In this document: one piece after another, positions 38,807 through 51,320 of the stretch
Layout: the number at the start of each line of letters is the position of its first letter
Numbering within the stretch: the first letter of the stretch is position 1
Origin: Podarcis melisellensis
Taxonomy: Eukaryota
Assembly: GCA_964234715.1 (NCBI GenBank)
Contig: OZ174277.1
Reading direction: 5' to 3' (one strand)
DNA: 64,000 bases
Position numbers and translations under genes: made by a program
The notes under the pieces: model-generated
What the model was told of the DNA's origin: nothing
What the model saw: the letters and a program-made list of their open reading frames with translations, nothing else
Databases searched by the model: none

Positions 38807-40353
38807 CCATCCTCTGGCCAAGCAAGGTCCGATGGATTTTGGCCAGAGTTCATCTATACATGCAACCGCTGCGCCACAATTCGAAGCGAGCTGCACCCAT
38901 TTAAACCTCCATTTGCCACACCTCGGTTAAAGGCAGGGGAGAGCCGCCTGCCAGGGTGTGAGCGAGAGTGAATTGCCAGAGGGTGGTGGCTTGCAGCCCA
39001 ATCTTAAGCACCTTTCTACTCGGAAGCAAATCTGACTCTGTTTTGAGGGCTTCTCCCCGCACCCCGTGGCCAAAGCATGCAGAGGAAAAGAGTTGTTTTG
39101 TAAAAGATCTGCACCCGGATCCCCTGCATGTCTACTCAGAAGCAAGTCCCCTTTGGTTACCAGCAGGGCTCCTTTCCTGGTACACATACTGCTGTCCAAC
39201 AGCAGTAATCGGTTACTTTGGAATCAATCACTGGTTCTGCTCCGTTTTCTCAGGGGATAATGGGCATGTGAGTATGGCTGTTAGAGGCTGAAATGATCAC
39301 TGGGCTGTGAGTGGAGGCAATGAAGAAATGCTCAGTATTTAAAGTAGCTTGTTTTACAATGAGTTTTGGATTGTTCTCGAGCCCCCGAGCTCCCTTCTAA
39401 TCCTTCCATTCATTTTGTAAGAATCCTTCTCCTTTGTTCGAGGGCTGTTTAACTTTTGTGGAGGGGGGAAAGGCGGGGGTGGAGAGAGAAAGAGAGATCA
39501 AAATATGGATGTTTTTGAGATTTTCTTTTTAAAACACCCCCCAAAAAAACCCACCACCAAAGTTGCAACTATGCCATTTAAATGCTCAAAAAATCCTCTT
39601 TGGTTTCTTGCAAAGGGAGTTTTAATTAAATTTCGTTCCAACTGAGTTTGGCAGCCCCACCCTAAACTTGGTGGTTGGAAATCCCATGGTTTACCAGGAA
39701 TCTTCCAAGCACACCCAGGAACAAGGGACTCGGCAGCAGCGATGGAAAACACCCAACGCAACGTTCCGGGAGAGCAAAGTCTCTCTCTCTGGCCTGGTCT
39801 GCAGTTGCAGCAGAACTAGATGGTGGAAACGGGGTCCTAAAGTTGGTCGAATATGCTGCAGGCTGGATGCCCTGCTTTGAAAAGCCCCTCTGAAAAAAAG
39901 CAAAATTTCCTGCAAGTAGAAAACGAGGAGAAATGTTCCAGTCCAGCCTGCTATACTAGATTTCTATTTGCAGGGAGTTCTTTTCTTTTTCTATTGGGGA
40001 GCGTTCCGACCTGTGCCTGAATTCTGAAGTGGTCTAACATTTGGAAGCCGCCTTTTCCCCTGACAGGAACTCCAGGCGGCTTACAAAAAGCTCCTTCTTT
40101 CCGCAGTCAACCCCTCGACCCCCTTCTGCTTAAGTCACCTCCACGTGATTGTGCCTTCGCTGTTCCTCTTCCAGCCACTCCAGACTCCTCGGTCTCCGAA
40201 GCCGGCTTCACTCCGCCCCCTCGACCTCCCGCCCCACTAGACGGGGGGTGGAGATCGCGAGCTCCTCCCTGGTTGCGCCCGCCCAGAAAAGCGAGGAATG
40301 GCTTTGGCCCCGAACGGAGGGCAAGTGGGCGGAAGGAGGCTGGGGGTGAATAC

Positions 40354-40499
40354 CTGGTTCCCAGATTTGCAGACGTAAGTGCGGTTCCTTCGGATGCTTC
40401 GCTTGAAAAACCCGGAGCAGCCGTCGCAGGCATAGACGCCGTAGTGCTTGCCGGAGCTGCGGTCCCCACACACTTTGCACGGGATGTCTAAAATCCGGC
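40354..40499 (-). CDS. NR2E1: NR2E1 exon 2 (first zinc finger, P-box CDGCSG)
   Basis: ctcag|GC CGG...CAG|gtattc; [48 protein letters not shown]; 146 nt. Confidence 0.98.
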
Positions 40500-40846
40500 C
40501 TGAGGGCGAAGGCGAGAGAAAGAGAAAGAGAAAGAAAAGAAGTTCAGCCCTCTGGCATGGTTAAGTCCGTGATGGGCATCACAGCCAGGATAACGGGGGC
40601 ATCTCCAGCGACCAGTGTCGCAGCTCGACCTCAGGCCCAAGTCCAGGCAAGTCCTCTGATGATGACAAGGGTGATGAGAAGGAGGACATTTATATCCCAC
40701 CTAACATCCAAAGAGCTCAAGGCGGCTCACGTGGTTCTCCCCCTCCCCGTTTCATCCTCACAACCGCCCTGCGAGGTAGGGTTAGGCTCAGGGACAGTGA
40801 CTGGCCTGAAGTCACCCAGATTAGCTTTATAGCTGGGTGAAGATTT

Positions 40847-40950
40847 CATAGAATTGTTGAGTTGGAAGGGACCAGGAGAGTGATCTAATGCGGCTGCCTG
40901 CAATGCAGGAATCTTTTGCCCCATGTGGGGCTCCAACCCATGATCCTGAG
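40847..40950 (-). mobile_element. SINE with tRNA-Lys-like head fragment and CR1 tail
   Basis: Reverse strand CTCAGGATCATGGGTTGGAGCCCCACATGGGGC...GGTCCCTTCCAACTCAACAATTCTATG. Confidence 0.65.
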
Positions 40951-40983
40951 CTGTCTCCCTGGACCTTGGCTGACACTCTAATC

Positions 40984-41120
40984 CAGGCTTCCCCAACCTG
41001 TGGCCCTCCAGAAGTTTTTGGCCTACAACTCCCATGATCCCTAGCTAGCAGGACCAGTGGTCAGGGATGATGGGAATTGTAGTCTCAAAACAGTTGGAGG
41101 GCCGAGGTTGAGGAAGCCTG
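40984..41120. mobile_element. Palindromic hAT-type MITE nested in a SINE
   Basis: CAGGCTTCCCCAACC...GGTTGAGGAAGCCTG; 8-bp TSD ctctaatc/ctctaacc. Confidence 0.8.
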
Positions 41121-41429
41121 CTCTAACCACTTCACCGCACTGGCTCTCTCTACTCAGGGATTGACAGATGAAGGGAGGACTGGCACATCAAAGAGGACTG
41201 GCATCAGTATTTCTTCTTCTTTTTAAAACTTATAGTCAGGGAGTTGCAGGATGCATGGGCATGGTTACTGATTCCAATTTCATTTAAAAATATACAGTGC
41301 TGCCCTTTTCTGCAAGTGAATGATCTTAGCACCAGGGCAGCAGACACATTTTATTCCAATGGTCATGGTGGTGCTGTGATTTAAAGTGAGTTTAAATGCA
41401 CATGCTGTTATTTTTTATTTTCCATTTTT

Positions 41430-41806
41430 TAAATCGTAATGGACTGGATGAGAGCCAATAAACTGGATCCAGATAAGACTGAGCCACTGGTAGTGAATGG
41501 TTCCCCAGACTGGAATGATGGGTTGAGGTTACACTCCCTCTGAAGGAACAGGCAGTAGCTTGGGGTTACTTTGGGTTCCATCATTGTCACTTGAGGCTCA
41601 AGTGGCTTCAGGGTCACAGAACGCCTTCCATCAGCTTTGTCTGGTGGCCCAGCAAACTTCTGATTTCTGTTGACTATGCTCTGGTAACTTCTCGGTTAGA
41701 TTACTGCAATGCTTATACATGGATCTGCCTCTGAAAACAGTTTAGAAACTGCAGCTGGTGCAGAATTCAGCAGCCAGGTTGCTCACTGTGGCAAGATAGC
41801 CTGAGC

Positions 41807-41874
<68 letters not shown>

Positions 41875-42510
41875 TATACCACATCCACTCTGGGCATTTT
41901 CCAACAAAACATTAAAAATACATTAAAACATCAGTCATTAAAAACTTCCTAAACAGGACTGCCTTCAGATGTCTTCTAAAAGTCAGATAGTTGTTTATTT
42001 CCTTGCACCAATCCTGGCTCGACTGCACTGGTTACCAGTTAGTTTCTGATCCCAATGCAAAGCACTGGTTCTGATGTATAAAGCTCAGGAGCCCCAAATC
42101 TCAAGGACCACCTCTCCCCACATGAACTGACCCAGACCCTGGGATCATCATGTGAGGCTCTCCTTAGTAGGTCTGGAGGGTGGCAACACAAGAGCAGGAC
42201 TTTTCAGTGATGGCTCCCTGTGTATGGATATCTCTTTCCAGGGAAGCTTGCCTGGCTCCATCACTGCATAGCTTTTAGGCACCCGGGGGGACGGGACATT
42301 TAGGTCTTTGGCTTTTCATTATCATGGCTTCCATGACTGAGTGGGATGTTTCAATCCACCTATTTAAAAATAGAATTGTCTTTTAGATATTTTTGTTTTG
42401 TTTCATTTTAACCTGACTTTAATGTATTTGTTTGTTTTATATTGTAAGTTACTTAAGAGTTACTTTGGTAAAAATGAAAGTCGCTAGTAAATAAAATAAA
42501 ATAAATAAAG
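41430..42510 (+). mobile_element. L2 LINE 3' fragment (decayed ORF2 and tail)
   Basis: Remnants WMRANKL..PDKTE, SRLDYCNA, KLQLVQNSAARLL, PILARLHWLPV; (AAAAT)n tail. Interrupted at 41808-42005 by an opposite-strand insertion. Confidence 0.85.
41808..41873. repeat. (AAT)n followed directly by (TAT)n
   Basis: About 11 AAT units abutting about 11 TAT units. Confidence 0.95.
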
Positions 42511-43047
42511 CCATCCTACATATTAGGATTGTAGAAGCAATTGTAAAACATGGAATGGTCAGGAGTGATGGTAGTGGTGAGAAGATCAGTGTTAATTGTG
42601 GGCTTCACAACTAAAGTAATACACATGCTCCTTTTAAAAACAACAACATTGAGCCCAGAGTATAAAATCAACTTGTTGCACCACTCCCAGCTTTTCAGGG
42701 ACTTCTTTCTGGCTGCATTTGCTTTGATCAGGAGCCCAGCATCTGCAAGTCCTCTCCTGCCATGTTACAGGAGTAGCAGCAGAAATTCTGGCTGGAGGGG
42801 GCGGGAATTAGACGGTGGTACACTCAGGCAGGACTTTGGAACAGAAGTCCAGAGTCTCATTCAGCAGGAGAAGGACCCTCAAACGCAGCAGGGTTGGCAT
42901 ATCACATTGTGGAGGAAGTGAAGTAAGAAGCCTTTGCCTATCTAAAGACAACTACCCTCCACAAGACCATTAAGTCCTCACTTCCCCTCTGGAAACAGAA
43001 ACTTGTACTTCCTTACTGTTGCTACCCTAAGCTCTCCTGCACCCCCA

Positions 43048-43297
43048 GAGAGCCAGTGTGGTGTAGTGGTTAAGAGCGGTAGTCTCCTAATCTGGGGAAC
43101 CGGGTTCGCGTCTCCGCTCCTCCACATGCAGCTGCTGGGTGACCTTGGGCTAGTCACACTTCCTTGAAGTCTCTCAGCCCCACTCACCTCACAGAGTGTT
43201 TGTTGTGGGGGAGGAAGGGAAAGGAGAATGTTAGCCGCTTTGAGACTCCTTAAAGGGAGTGAAAGGCGGGATATCAAATCCAAACTCTTCTTCTTCT
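43048..43297 (+). mobile_element. tRNA-derived SINE (Squam3-like), full length
   Basis: Head GAGAGCCAGTGTGGTGTAGTGGTTAAGAG, B-box-like GGGTTCGCGTC, (CTT)n tail. Confidence 0.8.
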
Positions 43298-43429
43298 GCA
43301 CGTTCGCTGGGAATGAAGCAGTAGCAGGACTTCCGGACAAATGTGTACAGGATCTCCAAGTGACTAGGAAATAGTTCCACTGGCTTACTCCTTGTTCGAA
43401 CAAGCATGGATTTGATTTATGCCTTACAT

Positions 43430-43626
43430 TTATCTGCTGCCTTAACTTCCAGGAGCTCAGTGTGCATAGTTTCTTTCCCCATCCCATTTTTCTAGCAACA
43501 ACCCTGCGAGGTGGGTTAGTCTGAAAGATGGCGATTAGCAGAAGGTTGCTCATGAAGCTTCATGGCTAAGTGGGGATTTGAATTGGTGCCTCCCCAGCCC
43601 TTAATCCAACACGCCGCTGCTACACT
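43430..43626 (-). mobile_element. Degenerate Squam3-like SINE
   Basis: Shares ACAACCCTGCGAGGTGGGTTAG...GGGATTTGAA body with 40688-41148. Confidence 0.55.
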
Positions 43627-44708
43627 AAACAGATTTATAGTTCAGTCTATCCATGTTTACTCAGAAGCAAGATTGAAGCCCAGGGAATTTTCTTCCAAGT
43701 AAACTTGCTTGGGAGTGCAGCCTTCTTTTAGCTCTGGTTGGAAGTAATGATATATAATCCTGAGCTGGTGGGAACCCGAAAGAGCATCGAGTGTCCAATC
43801 CGCTCATACTGAAACCTGGTAAAGGAGAATCAACCACCTTCTCGGAGGCAGCCACTGTGGAACAGCTCTTAAAATCAACCAGGTTTTATTTCGATTAAGG
43901 GCACATTCCTAAAGACATGAGGCTCAAACCTAAACCTGTCAGGTGTTAAGTCCTAAGGGAACGAATGGGGTTTGCTTACGAGAAAGCAGGCAGAGGCTTG
44001 TCCGATGACTAGGGCAAAGCCCAGTCATACTCTGGGGGAAACTGCTAAGTAAACACCTGTAGGATTGCGCTGCGCCATCCTCTGGTGTACAGCCGGTGCT
44101 TTACAGACCCAGACTAAGGAAACGGGAACTTCGCATTAGGTGGGTTATGCCTTAATGTTCTGTGTCGCAGAAGAACCGCTCACCTAATAATACACCCCAG
44201 TTCTCTTCTCGCCCCACTTTCTCAGCCAGAAAGTCCTACTGATGCCAACGGTCCTTACTCTCAAGTAAGCGCGTCCTCAGCTGACTAAAAGGAACAGGCT
44301 CAAAACTGATACCCGCAAGCACCAGCATCTACTGGTCTATCATCTCAGCCCCGGGGCGTTTCCGGGGACCTCAAGCCCTCCTTGCAAATGCCTTTGGGAT
44401 AAAGTTTAGCCGTCAGCCTGCGATGGTGGGCAAAGCTACCTTACAGCCGCTGGAACTTGCCGGCAAAATTCCAGGCGCTTAGGATCGGGCTATTCAAAAG
44501 TGAGAGCAGCATTTCAAAGGTCAACGGGTAGTTCTCGAGGAAAAGTTTGGGAATGTCCCAGCGGCAGTTTCATCTCTGAAGCTGCAGCCCCTTCCAGCCC
44601 CGCCACAACGGGAGGCCCCACGGAGACTGCAATCCTACGGACTGCGGGTTAAGACACTCTGCAAACAGCAAAGGCATTCGAAGGATTGCGTTGCGCCTAA
44701 GAGGGTTG

Positions 44709-44863
44709 CAGGGGCGTAGCCTGGACTTATTTTAGAGGGGGCAGGTTTTTGGGGGGGGGGGAGAACCGAATTATCTACGACGCAATTGGTCAGTTAGTTA
44801 AGTATTTTTTTATTTATTTATTTACTTGATTTGGTGGGGGCAGCTGTCCCCCTTCACTCCATG
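44709..44863. mobile_element. hAT-like non-autonomous element
   Basis: CAGGGGCGTAGCC end; core GTCAGTTAGTTAAGTATTT is the reverse complement of the 4582-4742 copy. Confidence 0.55.
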
Positions 44864-45199
44864 CTCTGGAGCAAGTGTATTTGTTAGAATATAATAATAA
44901 TGGCATTGTAAAAAGTGGGGAGGACTTCGGATCGGATTCGTGCCGGGTCCCATACATTTGCAACCCGGAGGAAAGACCTGCTCTGTTCAAGGTGGCTTAC
45001 TTCCCAGGTGTAGAGCAGAGGTGTGCGGCCTTCGCACTGCAGCAGAGGCCTTGCTTTCAAGTTAGGCTGCAATCCAGTCCCCACTTACCTGGCAGTAAGT
45101 CCCATTGAACTCAGTGGGGCTCCCTTGTGAGTGGGCAGGCATATGTTTGCAGGGAGGGCAGCCTGAAAGCTGTAAACCTCTTAAGATGGGGCGCAATGA

Positions 45200-46700
45200 A
45201 GTCGAAGGGACTTGGAAGATTTAGGCGCAAGACACCATCTTTTTGCAGATGGGCGGGCAGAGAGCAAGAGGAATATTCGGGAAAGGAGACGGGGCTTCCA
45301 GCCTTTACCTATGTGTGTGTCTGGGATGGCTGGTTGCCCGAATGGCGTCGTCGGGGGGGGGGGCACGGAATTCCGAGCAGATTCTTCCGCTTTCTGGAGC
45401 AGCGAGGCCGGCGAGAGCGCTGCTCCGAGACCTGGCTTCTGGGCTTGGGGCGGGGCCCTGAAACAATGCCTCCCCGGCAGACAATAGGGACATTAGATAA
45501 CGTGTTAACTTAATGATTTCCCCCTATGGAGAACTCGTTTGACTGCCTCCAATCAGCGCAAGCTGCCAGCCGCGGCCCGCTTCTCCTCCAAATGAAACCC
45601 GACAGCTGCTATATGCGGGGCCGGCGGGAGGAAGGGGGATTAGGTGGTGGGGCGCGCTGGGAAGCGGAGAGAGGGGGGCGCGAGGGAGGGAGGAGGGATC
45701 CTTCCAAGGAGGAGGAGGAGGAGGAGGGAAAGAGAGAGGGGGGGGGGAATCAGTCACAACAGGTCCGGGGAAAGGACAACGCTCAGGAATCTTCAGCCCT
45801 CCCCCTCGAGATGAAAAGTGAAGTTTGGCTGCTGTGTGAATGTGGGTGGTGGTTTGCGGGGGGGGGGGGAGCGGGAAGGTAAGCGATCTCCAGGAGAGCC
45901 GGGCGAGCCAAGCTTGGCTTCTGGAGCTGTGTAATTACACGCCCTCCTTGCCACCTGCCTATTGGGTCACCAGTGACCCGTCAAAAAGAGTAGCATGGGA
46001 ATTCGCATTGCAGACAATGGCCACAGGGGAGAGCACTCGACTCCCCCCCCCTCCTCCCGCCCCTCCCCTGCCTCTCACACCGCTCTTGGCCGGCTCTCGC
46101 TCTCTCTCTCTCTCAGCCCCCCCCCGCACGTCCTTCAGGCAGCCACTGCTGGACTTTCTCAAAGAGGGGAAAAGGCAAGGAAATCGGACATGCCACGGTG
46201 CCAACGCCCGGCGTTGGATTTCATCGCTCCTTAATCGGACAAAATGCGCGCAACTCCTTATGCAAATTCCAAACTCGCCTTCTGGGCTTCTGCCCCCGCT
46301 CCTCGCTTTTTTTTGCACTTGCACAGAGGACGCGCATCTCAGCCTCGCTCTTTCCCATCTCTCTCTGCCTCTGCCCCACAAACCGATTTCAAAGGCCCGA
46401 TCGATAGGACTTCACGTCGAAGTGCAGGCGGGAGGTGCCACGCAACCGAGGATGAGATCCCCCTGCACGGGGCGGGGGGGGGATCCTTGAGCTCACTTCC
46501 GAGTTAAAAAACCTCAGAGGGTCGAGTTTGAGGGCGCGACATTTCTCCAGAACGGGGGTGTCCTTTTGGTGGCTCTGTCCCCCAAGGCGTCCGACCCAAA
46601 GCCGTCCCTGTGACTGCGAGCCGCTGGCTTGAAATAGTCTAACCAGGCTTCCAGTCGAGTTGAAATCCATCAGATTTCCTTCTGAGCCAGCAGAGGATCT
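45200..46700. promoter_or_regulatory. Intronic CpG island (NR2E1 intron 1)
   Basis: CpG-rich and free of recognisable repeats; contains octamer, SOX and TAAT motifs. Confidence 0.7.
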
Positions 46701-47799
46701 AGTCGTAAATATATTCAGAGGGCGGTAAACATCATATTAAGTGTAAAGTAAATAACCACTTTACTTCCCAGTATTTCTGGAGATACCATTCCCCAAATCG
46801 TAGCACCTTGGTTCTAGGGCTTTGCTTAAAAAATAAGAAAAAGAAAAGGGGAAATAAAATAGGAAAATAGTTATGACCCTGAGAGTCATAACTATTTTAG
46901 AAAATCTGAAATAGCGCTTTTAGGAGTACCTGAGGTATAACTATTAAAGCCCCTAGTTTTATATCTAGAATAATTTTTTAAAAATTAAATTCCTAAAATT
47001 AAATATTTTAAAAATGTATAGCTCTTACTTCGGAGCAGCCCAATTTACTCCTCAGGGCTGAATGCAGGATAAGTGCAATTACATACTTGTAGCCGGTTTC
47101 TAATAATATTTCCTCTGAGCAAAAAGTTATTCTAAGTTCAAAGGGATTTATTTCCACGTGTATTTTTACACACGCGCGCGCGCACACAGGGTTAAGATGG
47201 TAAAACTTTGTTCGTTTACTTGGGAGTAAGCCGCTCTGCTATCCTAATCCAGAGTAAAAGTGCCTAGGGAAATTGAGGGCGGCAAAATATTCCAGCGGCG
47301 AATACAGAATAACGGAACACGCACAACTGATTTAGCATCCCGGAACAGGAATGCAATTTTGACGAGTCAATTCAGCCACAGTTTAACTTTTAATTTCACT
47401 GGGACCCCCACGTATTCCACCACATTGTATATTCCTTATTTGCATTAAGTTTGTTTATATTAAACACACGCCCACGGAATTTCTTCCCGCGGCCTGCGGA
47501 AAAACTAATGGCCTTAATTAATGCCCGGGAGGATTCCTCTAAACACCTCCGGATCCGCTCGCCCTGCCCAGATTCGGGATCGATTCTGCTCTGTTCTTGT
47601 ATTGTTTCTCCTCTCTCCGACGCCCAACGTAGCTAGCTATATCTGACCTCTTGTTTCTGCTCTATTTTAAGTGCTTATATTGTATTGGTGCCGTTGAATA
47701 TGCCTGCTTATTTGGCAACCAGGCACACACTTCAGACAGGAGATAGGATAAGCTGGATATTAGATTCGCTGTCTCTTTAATTTCCTTATTCTCCTTCCA

Positions 47800-49300
47800 T
47801 TGCTAGCTTAAACATTGCACACCGAAATAGGCAACAGAATAGCCTACTATAATTGCGCGCGCGCGCGGGGGGGGGGGGGAATCCAGCGCGTTTAAATCCT
47901 ACGAATTCCGAAAGGAGAAGCTTAAAAACTCTCGCCATTGAAACCCTGCGGGTCTCAACTTCGGCAGTGCCTCTTTTCTCGCCTTCGCCACCGTCCTCTT
48001 CTGCTGCAAACTTTGGCTCCCTGCCCTCCGCTTACTCCCTCCACCATTTTAATGGCATTTGGAGATGGTGGGTGTCAGTCTCTCAGCCCATTAATGCGTC
48101 CTCCCCCCGCCTCCAGCAACCATGGCTCCTGTGCTGAGAATAAAATTCCGAAGGATGCCAGGCGAACGAGGGACCCCGTTAACTTGACACGAGGTCACCA
48201 GATAACTGATTAACCCCTGTTTAAAGGCCCCAGAAGTCTAACGGGAAAGACAAACGCGGCTCGGGCGGCGCTGGGAAACCGTTTGGAACATCCCTCGACG
48301 GGGCGTCCGGGGCGGGGGCACTTTTTTTGTGTGTGTGTGCGCGCCTCGTAATTGCTTAAAGATATATGGCAGCTTCGATTACTGTAATTACCATCAGAGG
48401 CTGTTGAAAGAAGTTAGGCTGCTTTGCGAGGACTCCTCGACGGGGTCTTGTTACCACCCAAGCAGAGAGATCACATCTGACATCACTCCAGCCTGGCGGA
48501 AGGGAAAGCGGAGCCAGAGCCAAAGGCCGGAGGAGACGCGGCCGCTTCTGCGCCACGGCTCGGGACTAGACGGGCTGTCCAAGGCCTGGCGAGGGGCGCC
48601 CTCCCTCCAAGGGGCGCAGGAGATCGCCCCAGTCCTCCTCAAGGCAGGGCCGAGGTCCTGCGGGGGAGTAAAGGCCAGAGGGATCAGTGGGGAGGGGTCC
48701 GCCAGGGGGGAAATGGCGTGAGAAGCCACAGCTTCTATCCTGCAGAATAAATAACCAAGTTTGCGCATACCCCGAATTAGAAAATGTTCCCCAACTCATA
48801 AACAGGGGACGATCCAAATAGAGCCGAGCAGCTTAAAGTCTGTGGATTGATTATTATTTTTTAATCTATTTGAATCCCCCCCCAAACCGCAGATTGAGAC
48901 CAGTCACCTAAAATCAAGGCTGTCGTGCCAGAGAGCAACCCAATGTCATTCAAACCAACGGCGCTTGGTTTTTGTTTATTGATATCAGTTAGGATTGTGA
49001 ACAGAGTCCGGTTTTGTTTTTTTGTTTGGAGGAAAGAACTCGCTGACCACGTAATAAAACTCTCCTAGCTGCAAAAACGTTGCGTTTGGATCATTTCTGG
49101 AGCCTTAAGGCGGATCAATGGCAAGTTTAGATGCAAGCAAACGGAAACTGGCCGGGACGGAGTTCCTCCCGAGCTAATCTTCCAGCGGCGTTTATTCCGT
49201 TATGCCAAGTTAATTTTGTTTTTATGCTATCCCGGGCGGGCTGCAGACGGGGCAGGAGAAGTCCGTCTCGCCTCCTTGAAATGACGGAAACTTACTTCCA
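47800..49300. promoter_or_regulatory. Intronic CpG-rich domain (NR2E1 intron 1)
   Basis: CpG-rich, no recognisable repeats, TAAT clusters. Confidence 0.6.
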
Positions 49301-49340
49301 AGTAACATCCCGACCCCACTAGGGATCTCATTCCCAGGTC

Positions 49341-49482
49341 NNNNNNNNNNNNNNNNNNNNNNNNNNNNNNNNNNNNNNNNNNNNNNNNNNNNNNNNNNNN
49401 NNNNNNNNNNNNNNNNNNNNNNNNNNNNNNNNNNNNNNNNNNNNNNNNNNNNNNNNNNNNNNNNNNNNNNNNNNNNNNNNNN
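49341..49482. other. Assembly gap (142 N)
   Basis: Run of N bordered by a TC/AC microsatellite edge. Confidence 0.99.
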
Positions 49483-50151
49483 TCTCTCACACACAAACAT
49501 CCCTTCCCGGTTTACACCACATTCTTTATTTCTCCTTAGGGATAAAGTTATCCGAAAGAACCTGTGATGGCCCTCAGTGTAAGAGGCGACAGAGTCCCAA
49601 GGAGGGGAGGTAACGGGGACACTCGGGGAGCCCATCTCCCCGAGGCAGTTTGGTTCAACCCCAGGGACTAGCGAAACAACAAGGCCAAACTCAGGGGGCT
49701 GCGGCAAAAAGCTGCACCAACTTTGAACACACGCCCACTGGATCCTGGCTACTAAATTCTAAGGTAACAGATATAAAGAATCGAGCTGTAAGGCGGCAGT
49801 TCCATGCACGGTGACCTGGAGGAAGCTCCATTGAAAGTAGAACTACATTCGAGCAAATTATCCATAGCCTCCATAATTTCACAAAGTTGGCCCGATAATA
49901 ATTTCCACCTCTCTTTAGATAACAGTCTGCACGTCCCCTGGCAAGAGCAACGCAGATGTCCCGTCCCCTGACCCCTCCAAAGATTGCGGGAAAACAGACG
50001 GAAGAGTTTTGCTCTAGATGGATCCAAAGGGATTTTGCTATCAGATCCATCCCGCTAACCTCCCCTCTCCCAGCCCCAAACTATATTTTAGTGATCCTCA
50101 AATACAGAAAAAAACTTTTACTTTCTTTTTTTGCTGTGATGATGGTGGTGT

Positions 50152-50152
50152 A

Positions 50153-50234
<82 letters not shown>
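50152..50234. repeat. Compound (AC)n(GA)n microsatellite
   Basis: Seen directly. Confidence 0.97.
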
Positions 50235-50239
<5 letters not shown>

Positions 50240-51295
50240 CCTCTTTTATATACCGGTACTTTGCTCGCTGGGAAAAAGTTTCAATATCGAGCGATGCCAG
50301 ATAATTCGGAATAAAGTTAGTCTGCAGTTACAGCAAGCAACACACGCGCTAGAACAGGAGGAAGAAGAGGGTGGAGAGGAAATAAAGGGAGACCCTTTTT
50401 TGACGGGGGGGGGCATTTCTACACGCACGTGCTTCTCTTTCTCCAAAGGCATTTTTGATGTTGCTAAAAAAAAGTCACCGTGGCCCCACGCTCTCGCCCT
50501 AAAATGACCTGGTCCACCAGTCGCCTTACATCAAACTAGATCGTGTGCATTACTGACCCTATTATGCATATTACGGCCAAAAAAAGAGGGGGGACACCCA
50601 CCCCCAAAGTCCCTTCTTGGATTTCTGGAGTCTGAAGCCAACTCCAAGCCCGAGCGGTCAATCAGACTTAAAGAAAGAAATCCCTCCGTTATGAGGTGTA
50701 CCCGGATTTAGGATTAAGGGAAATGTGACTTTTAAGTTGTTTCTGCTTCTCCCTTTCGCAGGATTATTCGGTAAGGCTGGAAATGGTGTGCAAAGTATTC
50801 CCGTCAAATCCTCTTTCCAGAGAACGGCTCCCTCCCTCCTCCTCCTTGGCATTCAACTCCGAAGTTTCGGGCTGCTCTCCCTTCTCTTTCTAAAACGGAT
50901 TAAGAGCAGCAGAAGGAAGTTGCGCAGGTCGATCGGCATCGCGATCTCCGCCGTGGGAAAGCGACCCGCGTGCGCAACTCTTTGACTCGATCGCGACCTA
51001 CCAGTGCCCCATCCTTACCCCCCCCCCCCGATCAGAAAGGGGAAATCTGAAGTTCATTACAGGCCCGGAGAAAACAACAACCTCCAACATCCCAAAGCCA
51101 CGCAGCGCGATCCTCCGCAGACTCCCTTGCGAGGAAAGCCCCTCCGCGTGGGCTTGCTCCCGGGAAGCGCGCTTTGCGGAAGATCCAGACTCGGAGCGAG
51201 AGGACACCCCCCGCCTCGCCGCCTCAGAGGCACCCAGCCTGGCTGCGAAGCCACTCGCCCCCCTCCGCGCCCCCCCCCCGCTGCGCGTTACCCAC

Positions 51296-51320
51296 TTGTG
51301 GATCCCGCCGGCTTGCTCAT
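51296..51320 (-). CDS. NR2E1: NR2E1 exon 1, coding part
   Basis: gccATG AGC AAG CCG GCG GGA TCC ACA A|gtgggt = MSKPAGST(S); 25 nt, phase 1 matches exon 2. With a 97-nt exon 6 the CDS totals 1158 nt = 385 aa. Confidence 0.95.

Larger units (their letters stand above)
40688..41148 (-). mobile_element. Older Squam3-like SINE interrupted by two insertions
   Basis: Reverse head GAGAGCCAGTGCGGTGAAGTGGTTAGAG at 41148-41121; body resumes after the nested MITE and the tRNA/CR1 SINE. Confidence 0.65.

Noticed and set aside
45840-46490. 216-aa and overlapping ORFs in the intronic CpG island
   Set aside because: GC-driven open frames on both strands with no domain or exon structure.
49956-50507. 183-aa ORF with an ERERER run
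   Set aside because: Translation of the (AC)n(GA)n microsatellite.
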